This document shows, in pieces, positions 8,221 through 16,087 of a DNA stretch of 32,000 bases; the stretch's first letter is position 1; each line of letters opens with the position of its first letter. The position numbers and the translations under genes are program-made. This DNA is from Opitutia bacterium KCR 482. GTDB lineage: Bacteria; Verrucomicrobiota; Verrucomicrobiia; Opitutales; Intestinicryptomonadaceae. A model generated the notes under the pieces. That model ran no database searches. It worked only from the letters and a program-made list of their open reading frames with translations, and was not told the DNA's origin. Where the stretch lies: the NCBI GenBank assembly GCA_029269845.2, contig CP149973.1, positions 1,530,001 through 1,562,000 on the forward strand, given 5' to 3'.

Positions 8221-10409
8221 TATCGAAAGACGAAATCGGAATGCTCGTATCCGCCCGCTGCGGCCAGCCGCACGACCTTTTGGGCATGCACAAATGCAGG
8301 GGCGGAATTGTCGTCAGGGCTTATCTCAACGACGCCAAAACATGCGCGGTCGTCGATTTGCGCGACGAAAACAGGGCGAGAATCCCGATGAAAAAGCTCG
8401 ACGAATCGGGGCTGTTCGAGGCGTTCATCAAGGGCGCAAGAAAGCTCTTCCCGTACCGCCTGCGCGCGCGCAGCTACAACGGCGAAATCCGCCAAATCTA
8501 CGACGCCTACAACTTTCCGCCGACCCTCGACTCCGACGACCTCTATCTAATCGGCAAGGGCGACGAGCGGAAAATCTACGACAAACTCGGCTCGCACGTC
8601 CGCACTGTCAGCGGCGTAAAGGGAACGTCGTTCGCCGTCTGGGCGCCGACCGCCCGCCGCGTGAGCGTCGTGGGCGACTTCAACGAGTGGGACGGCAGGT
8701 ACCACCAGATGCGCGAGCTTGGGCAGTCGGGCATTTGGGAGATTTTCGTTCCGTCGGTCGGGGCGGGCGCAAAGTACAAGTTCGAAATTCTCGCCGCCAA
8801 CAACGACGCCCCCTTCCTTAAAATCGATCCATACGCAATCCGCTTCGAAGCCCCGCCCTACAACAGCTCGATAGTCTGCGACGTTTCGGGCTTCGAGTGG
8901 AGCGACTCCGCGTGGCTGGAAAAACGCGCCAATACCGATTGGAGCAAGTCGCCCGTCTCCGTCTACGAAGTCCACCTCGGCTCTTGGAAGCGCGTTCCCG
9001 AGGACGGCTTCCGCCCGCTAACCTACGCCGAAATCGGCGTTCAGCTTGCCGACTACTGCTCCGAAATGGGCTTTACGCACGTCGAATTTCTGCCGCTTTC
9101 GGAGTACCCGTTCGAGGGCTCGTGGGGCTATCAGGTCAGCGGCTACTACGCGCCGACGCACCGCTACGGCTCGCCGCTCGACTTCATGAAAATGGTCGAT
9201 ACCCTCCACTCGCGCGGAATCGGCGTGATTATGGATTGGGTTCCCGCGCACTTCCCGCGCGACTCTTTCGCGCTGGCTGGCTACGACGGCTCGTGCCTCT
9301 ACGAACATCAGGACCCGCGCCTCGGCGCGAATCCCGACTGGGGCACGCTCTGCTTCAACTACGGGCGCAACGAGGTTTCGAATTTCCTCATGGGAAGCGC
9401 GCTGGCGTGGTTCGACAGATTCCACATCGACGGACTGCGCGTGGACGCGGTCGCCTCAATGCTCTACCTCAATTTCTCGCGCAGAGACTGGATTCCCAAC
9501 CGCTACGGCGGCAGCGAAAATTTGGAGGCGATAGAGTTCATCAAGCGCACAAACTCCGCCGTACACGAGGAGTTCAAGGGCGCGATAATGATTGCAGAGG
9601 AAAGCACAACTTTTCAGGGGGTAACCGCACCCGTTTCCGACGGCGGCTTGGGCTTCGACTTCAAGTGGAATCTCGGCTGGATGCACGACACACTCGACTA
9701 TTTCAAGGAAGACCCCGTCAACCGAAAATACCACCACAACAAGATGACATTCCCCTCGATGTACCAGTTCACCGAGAAGTTCATGCTTGTCTACTCGCAC
9801 GACGAAGTTGTGCACGGCAAAAGCCCGATGGTCGGCAAAATGGGCGGCGCGTACTGGGGCGACAAAATCGCAAACCTCCGCGCCCTCTACGCGTACATGT
9901 GGCTTTGGCCGGGGAAGAAAACGCTTTTCATGGGCGACGAAATCGCGCAGGGGCACGAATGGCGCTACGACGAATCGCTCGAATGGTCGCTCCTGCAATA
10001 CGCCGAGCACGAGGGCGTAAGGGACGTTGTGCGCGACGTCGCAAACCTCTACAAAAACGACGCCTCCCTTGCCCAAAACGATTTCAACCCCGACGGTTTC
10101 CAGTGGATTAACGCCGACGACGGCAACAACAGCGTCTTCACGTTCCTGCGCTTCGACGCCGACGGAAAAACCTCCTATGCCGTCGCGAGCAACTTCACCC
10201 CTATCCGCCGCGAAAACTACCCGATTGGGCTTCCGTTTGCGGGCGAATGGCGCGAGGTTCTCAACACCGACGCAAAGTGCTACGGCGGGCGCGGCTTCGG
10301 CAACAACGGCTTTGTGGTCGCGGGCGATACGGGCTTCAACGGCAAGCCGTTCGGCGCGTTAATCACGCTTCCGCCGATGTCCACAATAATTTTCAAACAC
10401 GTCGAATAG
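8214..10409 (+). CDS. glgB: 1,4-alpha-glucan branching enzyme GlgB (GH13_9)
   Basis: This is a 731-aa ORF. It has CBM48 ('GTSFAVWAPTARRVSVVGDFNEWDG'), the GH13 regions 'DWVPAHF', 'GLRVDAVASMLY', 'IAEEST' and 'YSHDEVVHGK', and a typical branching-enzyme C-terminus. Confidence 0.95.
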   Translation: MVISKDEIGMLVSARCGQPHDLLGMHKCRGGIVVRAYLNDAKTCAVVDLRDENRARIPMKKLDESGLFEAFIKGARKLFPYRLRARSYNGEIRQIYDAYNFPPTLDSDDLYLIGKGDERKIYDKLGSHVRTVSGVKGTSFAVWAPTARRVSVVGDFNEWDGRYHQMRELGQSGIWEIFVPSVGAGAKYKFEILAANNDAPFLKIDPYAIRFEAPPYNSSIVCDVSGFEWSDSAWLEKRANTDWSKSPVSVYEVHLGSWKRVPEDGFRPLTYAEIGVQLADYCSEMGFTHVEFLPLSEYPFEGSWGYQVSGYYAPTHRYGSPLDFMKMVDTLHSRGIGVIMDWVPAHFPRDSFALAGYDGSCLYEHQDPRLGANPDWGTLCFNYGRNEVSNFLMGSALAWFDRFHIDGLRVDAVASMLYLNFSRRDWIPNRYGGSENLEAIEFIKRTNSAVHEEFKGAIMIAEESTTFQGVTAPVSDGGLGFDFKWNLGWMHDTLDYFKEDPVNRKYHHNKMTFPSMYQFTEKFMLVYSHDEVVHGKSPMVGKMGGAYWGDKIANLRALYAYMWLWPGKKTLFMGDEIAQGHEWRYDESLEWSLLQYAEHEGVRDVVRDVANLYKNDASLAQNDFNPDGFQWINADDGNNSVFTFLRFDADGKTSYAVASNFTPIRRENYPIGLPFAGEWREVLNTDAKCYGGRGFGNNGFVVAGDTGFNGKPFGALITLPPMSTIIFKHVE

Positions 10410-10443
10410 GCGAATGCGCCGAGCCGGCGCGCGGAAACGCAAA

Positions 10444-10477
10444 ACGCGTCCGTCGGAATGGCGGGCGCGTTTTTTTA
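10444..10477. terminator. Bidirectional Rho-independent terminator shared by convergent glgB and the CE4 gene
   Basis: The stem ACGCGTCCG (10444-10452) pairs with CGGGCGCGT (10462-10470), with one G-U pair and a 9-nt loop. It is preceded by AAAA and followed by TTTTTTT. Confidence 0.6.
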
Positions 10478-10496
10478 CGGAGTCTATTTGTCCGCT

Positions 10497-12380
10497 CTAT
10501 TTTTCGAACGCGGGGGTCGCGCACGGCAGCGGCGTTTCGCCGTCTTTGAACGCGAGCATGAACGACGTCGTGCGGAGCGCCTTGTTGCCGAACACCGCAA
10601 GCACGCGGTTCTTCCCCTTTTTCAGCGCGAGCTTCGCGCCGCTTTTCGGCTCGATTTCCCTGCCGTTGAGAAAGAGGCGTTTCACGGGGGTTTTGTTTAC
10701 GAAAAGCGTGTAGTCGGCGTCGCGCGGCGCGGTGAAGTCGGCGCAGAATGCGTAGCCGAAGGCGGACTTTTTGTACTTTTTCATGAATGCGTAGCCGTTG
10801 AAGTCGGCGACAAACGGGCGCAGCGTCTTGTTGGCGCGTACGCTCCATTTTGCGTCGGGGAGGTTTTTGAGAACGGCGTCGGGTTTCGAGAGCGCGGCGA
10901 AGAAATCGGGGGCTACTTTCGACGCGTCGAAGTCTCCCATTTGCGCGGCTCTGTCGCGCGGGCAGTCGGCGTCGGGCACGCCGCGCTTTGCTGTCGCCGC
11001 AAGCCAGACCCTCGACGGCTTGCCGTCGAAAAGGAAGTCGCACTGAGCCATCGCGAGCATGTCGCCCTCGGCGAACGCGCCGGCGAATTTGTTTCGTTTG
11101 AGCGTCGCCGACAGCTCCCTTTCTCCCTTGTAGGCAACGCCGTCAATCGGCGTGTCGAAGCACGGCGCGACAACCCAGCGGACGCGGAAGTTTGAAACTT
11201 TGTCCGCCGCCTTTCCGCCGAATCTCACCGAAATGTCCCCGCCCTTGCGGTCGAACGCAAGCAGGAATTCGAGCCCTCCGAACTTTTCGCTTTTCGCGGC
11301 TTTCGGGCTTTCGGCGTCGAATTCAAGCAGCTCTATTTTCTTGGGAGTCTTTCGGACTTCGTATTGCGGAATATTGTAGAATCCGTTTTTCTGCGAAATG
11401 TTATCCGCGCCGAGTTTCACCGATTTCGGCTTTCCCGAAATTTTCAGCGCAAGCGGAATGTCCGAGCCTATGTGCGTGGCGGTCGGGCGCGTAAGCTCGA
11501 AGAGCGCGATGTTCCCGCGAGCCGAGAGCCTGCGGACGCGCGATTTCAAAAACTGCGTTCGGTAGGCGGCGTAGTCGTTTTCGTTGCAGTACCAGAAGTC
11601 GTAGGACGCCGACTCCTCTACGTATTTGCCGAGCCGCGCCAGGCCCTCGTCGGACTGCCACGAATGTATGCCGAGCGTCAGGTGCGGCGGGTATCCGTTT
11701 TCAATCATTTTGCGGGCGGCGGCGATGTTCTTTACTAGTTTTTCCCTTTCGGGGTTGCGGTCGTTTATCGAGAACGTGTACGACGAAAGCACGGCGTCGC
11801 GCAGCCCGAATTTCGCGTTGTTGTCGGGCGTGGTTTCGGGCGTGATTCGGTAGCCCGCGTTGACTATCGACTGCCCCACGTAGGTCTTGACGTTTTCGTC
11901 GAAAGGCGACTGGTATGTCATGTACGGCAGGACGAACGCGACGACGTTCGTGTCGAAGCTCGATTCGAGCACGGCGCGTTCGAGGGCGATTTCGCGGAAA
12001 ATTTCGTTCGGCATTCTGTCTTCAAGGCGCGGGTGCGAGAGTGTGTGCGAGCCAAGCGCCCCGCCGAGCGCGAAAATCTTTTCGACCGCCGCCGTCATCC
12101 GCTTCGAAAATTTGCCGCCTACAAGGTAGCACGTCGCGGGGATTCCGCATTTTGCGAGCGTTTCGGCGGTGGCGGCGTGGCGCGGGTTGGTGTCGTCCCA
12201 GCGGCTCGAAAACGCGATTTTCTTGCCGTCGGGAAGCTTCGCGATTTCCGCGGACGCCTCCTGCGCCTCCTGCGGCGTGCCGTATTCCACCGAAATGCAC
12301 TGCGAGTAGGTGTCGTCGAACGCCGCGCGGAGAGTCGCGATTGAAAGTAGCAAGGCTATGATAACCGTAAATTTCTTCAT
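10497..12380 (-). CDS. Secreted polysaccharide deacetylase (CE4/NodB-homology) with a roughly 400-aa uncharacterised C-terminal region
   Basis: I trimmed track ORF 10497..12515 to ATG 12380, because the longer form would overlap tRNA-Tyr. The trimmed form gives the signal peptide MKKFTVIIALLLSIATLRA. The CE4 motifs 'SSRWDDT' (D-D) and 'GSHTLSHP' (H-S/T-x-x-H) are present. Confidence 0.75.
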   Translation of the reverse strand: MKKFTVIIALLLSIATLRAAFDDTYSQCISVEYGTPQEAQEASAEIAKLPDGKKIAFSSRWDDTNPRHAATAETLAKCGIPATCYLVGGKFSKRMTAAVEKIFALGGALGSHTLSHPRLEDRMPNEIFREIALERAVLESSFDTNVVAFVLPYMTYQSPFDENVKTYVGQSIVNAGYRITPETTPDNNAKFGLRDAVLSSYTFSINDRNPEREKLVKNIAAARKMIENGYPPHLTLGIHSWQSDEGLARLGKYVEESASYDFWYCNENDYAAYRTQFLKSRVRRLSARGNIALFELTRPTATHIGSDIPLALKISGKPKSVKLGADNISQKNGFYNIPQYEVRKTPKKIELLEFDAESPKAAKSEKFGGLEFLLAFDRKGGDISVRFGGKAADKVSNFRVRWVVAPCFDTPIDGVAYKGERELSATLKRNKFAGAFAEGDMLAMAQCDFLFDGKPSRVWLAATAKRGVPDADCPRDRAAQMGDFDASKVAPDFFAALSKPDAVLKNLPDAKWSVRANKTLRPFVADFNGYAFMKKYKKSAFGYAFCADFTAPRDADYTLFVNKTPVKRLFLNGREIEPKSGAKLALKKGKNRVLAVFGNKALRTTSFMLAFKDGETPLPCATPAFEK

Positions 12381-12466
12381 GCAAAGAAAGGTAAAATCGA
12401 ACGCGCGGCAAGACAAGTAAAAACGTCGCGGCAAAAAAACGAAAAAAAAGCTTGCCACGGCGGCGA

Positions 12467-12494
12467 TTGCCCGTAGAGTTGCATACTTAATAAT
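12467..12494 (+). promoter_or_regulatory. Candidate sigma70-type promoter for tRNA-Tyr
   Basis: TTGCCC (12467-12472), a 16-nt spacer, then AATAAT (12489-12494). This places the predicted TSS at about the mature tRNA 5' end (12502). Confidence 0.3.
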
Positions 12495-12501
12495 TTTTCT
12501 T

Positions 12502-12588
12502 GGTAGGGTATCCAAGGGGCTAAAGGGCGCGGACTGTAAATCCGTTCAGCGTTGCTGTTCACTGGTTCGAATCCAGTCCCTACCACCA
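12502..12588 (+). tRNA. tRNA-Tyr (anticodon GTA), class II with a long variable arm and an encoded CCA
   Basis: I folded it by hand. The acceptor stem is GGTAGGG/CCCTACC. The anticodon stem is GCGGA/TCCGT with loop CT-GTA-AA. There is a 15-nt variable region, a T-arm ACTGG-TTCGAAT-CCAGT, a discriminator A and CCA. Confidence 0.95.
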
Positions 12589-12591
12589 TTT

Positions 12592-12622
12592 AGACCGCAA
12601 GTTAGCTTGCGGTCTTTTTTTA
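12592..12622 (+). terminator. Rho-independent terminator of tRNA-Tyr
   Basis: A perfect 10-bp stem, AGACCGCAAG (12592-12601) with CTTGCGGTCT (12606-12615), has loop TTAG and is followed by TTTTTTT. Confidence 0.75.
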
Positions 12623-12812
12623 CGGCGCGTTATAGCACCGTTGATGCGGCGTTTCCCCGCACTTGCGGACTGCTCGCGTACGTCAAGTACGCCACGCACC
12701 CCGCAAGCGCGTGAAAGCCGCCGCCTGAACGGCACTCTAACGCCCCTAAAATTACAGCGCACGGCGTGGAAGATTTTAAGTTGCGCTGGGATAAAAGTTG
12801 GGTTTACAAAAA

Positions 12813-12855
12813 AGCGGAAATTCCATGTTGTGGGATTACCGCTCTTTCTTTTTTT
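12813..12855. terminator. Strong terminator-like hairpin in the tRNA-Tyr/rbr intergenic region, usable in both orientations
   Basis: The outer stem AGCGG/CCGCT and inner stem AATTCCA/TGGGATT (one G-U, one A-A mismatch) enclose loop TGTTG. It is followed by CTTTCTTTTTTT on the plus strand and preceded by ACAAAAAA, which reads as a T-run on the minus strand. Confidence 0.55.
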
Positions 12856-12946
12856 GCGCAAAGCGCGTCTATTTTTATTCGTTTCTTTCTGACGTACAAA
12901 AATCCCAAATATCAGTAATTGCCGCAGGCAATACGGACTGATACAG

Positions 12947-12970
12947 AAAAGGCGCGGTTATAGCCGCGCC
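12947..12970 (-). terminator. Candidate terminator of the rubrerythrin gene
   Basis: On the minus strand, GGCGCGG-CTATAA-CCGCGCC is followed by TTTT. A second hairpin (12911-12942, ATCAGT/ATTGCC...GGCAAT/ACTGAT) follows it. Confidence 0.5.
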
Positions 12971-13019
12971 GTGTAAGCACCATGAGGAGCGAAGCTCCGA
13001 CGAGTGGCGCGGCTCGCGC

Positions 13020-13571
13020 CTAGCCTGCGAAGTAGCGTTTGTAGAGGCCTAAGAATGCGGAGCCGTGGCGGGCTTCGTCTTTGCACATTTCGTGGACGGT
13101 GTCGTGAATGGCGTCGTAGCCGAGCTCCTTGGCGCGTTTTGCGAGTTTGAGCTTGCCTTCGGTCGCGCCGTGTTCGGCTTCGATGCGCACTTTGAGGTTC
13201 TTGGCAGTGTCGGCATCGACCACCTCGCCGAGCAGTTCGGCGAATTTCGCGGCGTGCTCCGCCTCTTCGATTGCTATGCGCTTGTAGGCTTCGGCGACTT
13301 CCGGGTATCCCTCTCTGTCCGCCTGACGGCTCATGGCAAGGTACATTCCGACCTCGGTGCATTCGCCCATGAAGTTTGCGCGGAGACCCTCGACAACTTC
13401 GGCGTCGAGACCCTTTGCGATTCCGACCCTGTGCTCGTCAGCCCAAACGGGGGCGTCGGAGACTTCGCGGACTTCGAACTTAGCCTTGGGGGCTTTGCAC
13501 TGCGGGCAGAATTCGGGAACGTTGTTTGCGTCCATCACATAACCGCATATCGGGCATACTACTTGTTTCAT
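13020..13571 (-). CDS. rbr: Reverse rubrerythrin (N-terminal rubredoxin-like CxxC..CxxC domain plus C-terminal diiron ferritin-like domain)
   Basis: The sequence '[32 protein letters not shown]' is followed by the diiron ligand motifs 'ECTEVGMY', 'EEAEHAAKF', 'EAEHGATEG' and '[10 protein letters not shown]'. I moved the start from the track's TTG (13586) to ATG 13571, which is preceded by GGAAGGA. Confidence 0.9.
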   Translation of the reverse strand: MKQVVCPICGYVMDANNVPEFCPQCKAPKAKFEVREVSDAPVWADEHRVGIAKGLDAEVVEGLRANFMGECTEVGMYLAMSRQADREGYPEVAEAYKRIAIEEAEHAAKFAELLGEVVDADTAKNLKVRIEAEHGATEGKLKLAKRAKELGYDAIHDTVHEMCKDEARHGSAFLGLYKRYFAG

Positions 13572-13624
13572 ATTTTTTCCTTCCAATCTTTGTTTGCTGT
13601 TTACTTGTTAAAGATAATGGCGGT

Positions 13625-13654
13625 ACTATAATACCGTTATTAACCCGAATGCAA
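13625..13654 (-). promoter_or_regulatory. Candidate sigma70-type promoter of rbr with an embedded imperfect palindrome
   Basis: On the minus strand, TTGCAT (13654-13649), an 18-nt spacer, then TATAGT (13630-13625). The spacer and -10 region contains the 12/14 palindrome TAATAaCGgTATTA (13629-13642), a possible peroxide/metal regulator operator. Confidence 0.4.
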
Positions 13655-14058
13655 GTCTTTTTTTTATTTTTTCTAAAAATTTTTTTCGCGCCTCGCAAAA
13701 CGTCGGCAGAATGGGGAATGAACGCCGAATGCGCGCGGACGCGGAACGGAATGCGTACGCCGTAAAACCGACTTCCGCTAAGAAAAACGCCGTTCATACG
13801 CCTGCGTGGAAGCGAAATCCAGAACTTGCGTTTTCCTGTTAACAGCGCGAATTAGCGGCAAAAACTATAATGCAAGCAACGCCGCCGTGCGGAGGAGATT
13901 CGGCGTTTACGCATACTACGTCGCCGCCGAATAGTTCGAAATGCCCGCTTGAAAACGCCCGCCTTACGCAAGCTCACGTTGCATATTTTCGCGCACTGTC
14001 CGGCATTGCCGCGCAAATGCGCATTCGCCGCATACCCCGCAAGCCTTGCGGCGTTGCG

Positions 14059-14982
14059 CTATTTGATTACGGACATTCCGAATGCGAGGTAGAGCGGCAG
14101 CGTAAATACCGCGATAATCGACGTTGCTAGCACAATCTGCACCGCGATTTTCGGGTAGCCGCCGAAGGATTTTGCCAAGACCGCCGGCATGATTCCCGAC
14201 GGCGAAAGCGCCATGAGCACGAGAATCGTTTTGAGAACTCCGTCGACGGGCAACGCCCATGCGGCGAAAATGAAGAGCGCGGGCAGCAGCCCCATGCGCA
14301 CGAGCGACGCCGAGATTACGATTTTCCACGGAATTTTGTCTCGCCCAAGCATGTCGCACATGAGCGCGCCGAAAATCATGAGGTTCAGAGGAATTGCCGC
14401 CGCGCCCGCGAATTTCAGAAATGTCTTGAAAAATTCGGGGACATACTCCGCCGCGCCGCTCCACACAAGCGAAAGCCCGATGAAGACCGACCACACGGGG
14501 CCGCGCATGAGGAAGTCGAAACTCACGCGCTTTGCGTTTGAGAGCAGCAGGTAGCCGACCGACCAGAACACGAGGTCGCAGCCGACGTTGTGGGTTATGA
14601 GCACGCCGGTTATTTCGCCGCCGCCGTTCCAGAGAATCGCAACGAGCGCGATTATGAAGAAGCCGTAGTTTTGCGTCGCGGTGGTAACCGAAAAGGTGCG
14701 GAGGCCGTCGCCGACTTTCAGCCCGATGAGCTTCCCGACGAGCCACGAAATCAGCAGCGACGCCGCGAGTCCACCCGCGCCCGCCGAGATTGTCGCGAGC
14801 GAAAATCCGACGCTTTCGAGCTTTTTGTTGTCGAGCAGGTTCGACAGAATGAAGCACGGTAGCGTAAGCTCTACCGCGATTTTTACGAGGCTTGCGTCGG
14901 CTTCCGGCTTAATCCACGCGACTTTTCTCGCGAACCACCCCGCGCCTATCATGGCGTAAATCGGGAAAATTGCCGCGAGCAT
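14059..14982 (-). CDS. AEC (auxin efflux carrier / Mem_trans) family transporter
   Basis: I trimmed track ORF 14059..15153 to ATG 14982 (MLAAIFPIYAMIGAGWFARK...). An alternative GTG start at 15006 would add VNDISTLS. The protein has about 10 TM segments and the typical two-repeat AEC topology, and the family-like N-terminus 'PIy..Ig.G'. Confidence 0.85.
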   Translation of the reverse strand: MLAAIFPIYAMIGAGWFARKVAWIKPEADASLVKIAVELTLPCFILSNLLDNKKLESVGFSLATISAGAGGLAASLLISWLVGKLIGLKVGDGLRTFSVTTATQNYGFFIIALVAILWNGGGEITGVLITHNVGCDLVFWSVGYLLLSNAKRVSFDFLMRGPVWSVFIGLSLVWSGAAEYVPEFFKTFLKFAGAAAIPLNLMIFGALMCDMLGRDKIPWKIVISASLVRMGLLPALFIFAAWALPVDGVLKTILVLMALSPSGIMPAVLAKSFGGYPKIAVQIVLATSIIAVFTLPLYLAFGMSVIK

Positions 14983-15103
14983 AGACAATGTTGAAATATC
15001 GTTCACTTCGAAAAAAAATAACCGCCGCAAAACATCGGAGCTTGCGCGGGCGTATGCAACCTTTTTTTTGCGGGCGCGGTGCCGATTCAGCCGCATCTGG
15101 CTG

Positions 15104-16009
15104 CTACCGCGCGTCTTTGGGCTGCTTGAATTCCGCCAGCGTACGCGCGGCAATGGAGCGCAGTTTTGCGGCTTGGGAATTGCCTATCGTGTCGGGCACG
15201 AACGAAATTTCCTCGGGATTTTTGTCGAAAAGGAATCCGAACCACACGCATGCCTGCAAGTAGTTGCCGCTGTCGTTGAGGTGGATTGTGTCGCGGGCTA
15301 TGCGCATTTCGCCGTCCTTTTGCTTGCGCCAGTATGTTCTTCCCACGATGTCGCCCGCCTGCGGGGGAAGGTCGGGATAGCGGCAGTTTGAAAAGTCGCG
15401 CGGCTCGAAGGGGCGCGTTTCCTGCGAGCGGTAATTTTGCACGGCTTTGCCCGTCGGAATGACGCGCAAGCCGAGCTTTTTTGCGGCGTCGGCGTAGTTC
15501 TTTTCGGCGCGCGCGAACATTTCGGACTGGTCGATATTCCATTTGCCGCCTTTCGAAATGCGGGGGTCGTCGGAGCGGTACGACCAAGTTTGCTGAATGC
15601 AGATTTCGGCGGTCGGCGCGCACTTCTTTATATAGTCGCGCAGCTTTTCGGCGCAGGGAAAATACGTTTCGGGACGCCAGCTTTCGTGGCTTGCCTGTTG
15701 TATCGTTATGATGTCCCACTTGCGGCTTTGCAAAATCTGCCGCAATGTGGATTTTCCGTTGCGATAGCGCCTAACCGACGGGTCTTTTTCCTCTTCCGAA
15801 ATATAACGCCAGTGGCGAGAGAGCGAGCAGCCGCCGTGGTTTGCGCCCTCCAAATGCAGCGAGCAGCCGGGCGCGGATTTAACGACGGACGGCAGGTAGA
15901 CGAATGCGCTCTGCGCAAAGCTGTTGCCGATTGTAAGCACGGCAATTTCCTTTGCCGAGGCGCATGCGAGCGCAATAAACAGGAGCGCGGCGGCGGAAAT
16001 GCGTTTCAT
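15104..16009 (-). CDS. Secreted SGNH/GDSL-like hydrolase-fold protein (DUF4886-like)
   Basis: I trimmed track ORF 15104..16168 to ATG 16009, which gives the signal peptide MKRISAAALLFIALACASA. The sequences 'IAVLTIGNSFAQSAFVYLP' and 'GANHGGCSLSRHW' resemble the DUF4886 N-terminal block, and a late 'DTIHLNDSGNYL' resembles SGNH block V (D-x-x-H). Confidence 0.7.
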   Translation of the reverse strand: MKRISAAALLFIALACASAKEIAVLTIGNSFAQSAFVYLPSVVKSAPGCSLHLEGANHGGCSLSRHWRYISEEEKDPSVRRYRNGKSTLRQILQSRKWDIITIQQASHESWRPETYFPCAEKLRDYIKKCAPTAEICIQQTWSYRSDDPRISKGGKWNIDQSEMFARAEKNYADAAKKLGLRVIPTGKAVQNYRSQETRPFEPRDFSNCRYPDLPPQAGDIVGRTYWRKQKDGEMRIARDTIHLNDSGNYLQACVWFGFLFDKNPEEISFVPDTIGNSQAAKLRSIAARTLAEFKQPKDAR

Positions 16010-16087
16010 TCGGCGATTGAAAGTTTCGGCGCGGTTGTTGTCAATTTTTTTGTTGAAGCGCGGGCGTAAATCGGCGACATTGCGGGC

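Noticed and set aside
10497-12515. N-terminally extended versions of several track ORFs: 10497..12515-, 15104..16168-, 14059..15153-, 3377..4639+, 18774..20171+, 30921..31826+ and 1391..2548+.
   Set aside because: The extensions overlap the tRNA or neighbouring genes, or consist of Arg-rich junk. Internal ATGs give clean signal peptides or canonical family N-termini.
12641-12892. Two ORFs, 12641..12892+ (83 aa) and 12580..12861- (93 aa), in the tRNA-Tyr/rbr intergenic region.
   Set aside because: Both are Arg/Lys-rich with no motifs. One overlaps the tRNA and its terminator. The region is better explained by RNA hairpins and terminators.
12589-13830. I considered whether a small genomic island carrying rbr is integrated at tRNA-Tyr. 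'GCGAAATCCAG' near 13823 vaguely resembles the tRNA T-arm 'TCGAATCCAG'.
   Set aside because: The match is about 9 nt with an indel, which is chance level. There is no integrase or other mobile gene, and rbr has host-like composition.
13870-14130. An 86-aa plus-strand ORF whose ATG directly follows a perfect TATAAT (13866-13871).
   Set aside because: There is no -35 element at the proper spacing. The ORF runs into and overlaps the 3' end of the AEC transporter gene on the opposite strand, and its sequence is low-complexity with no motif.
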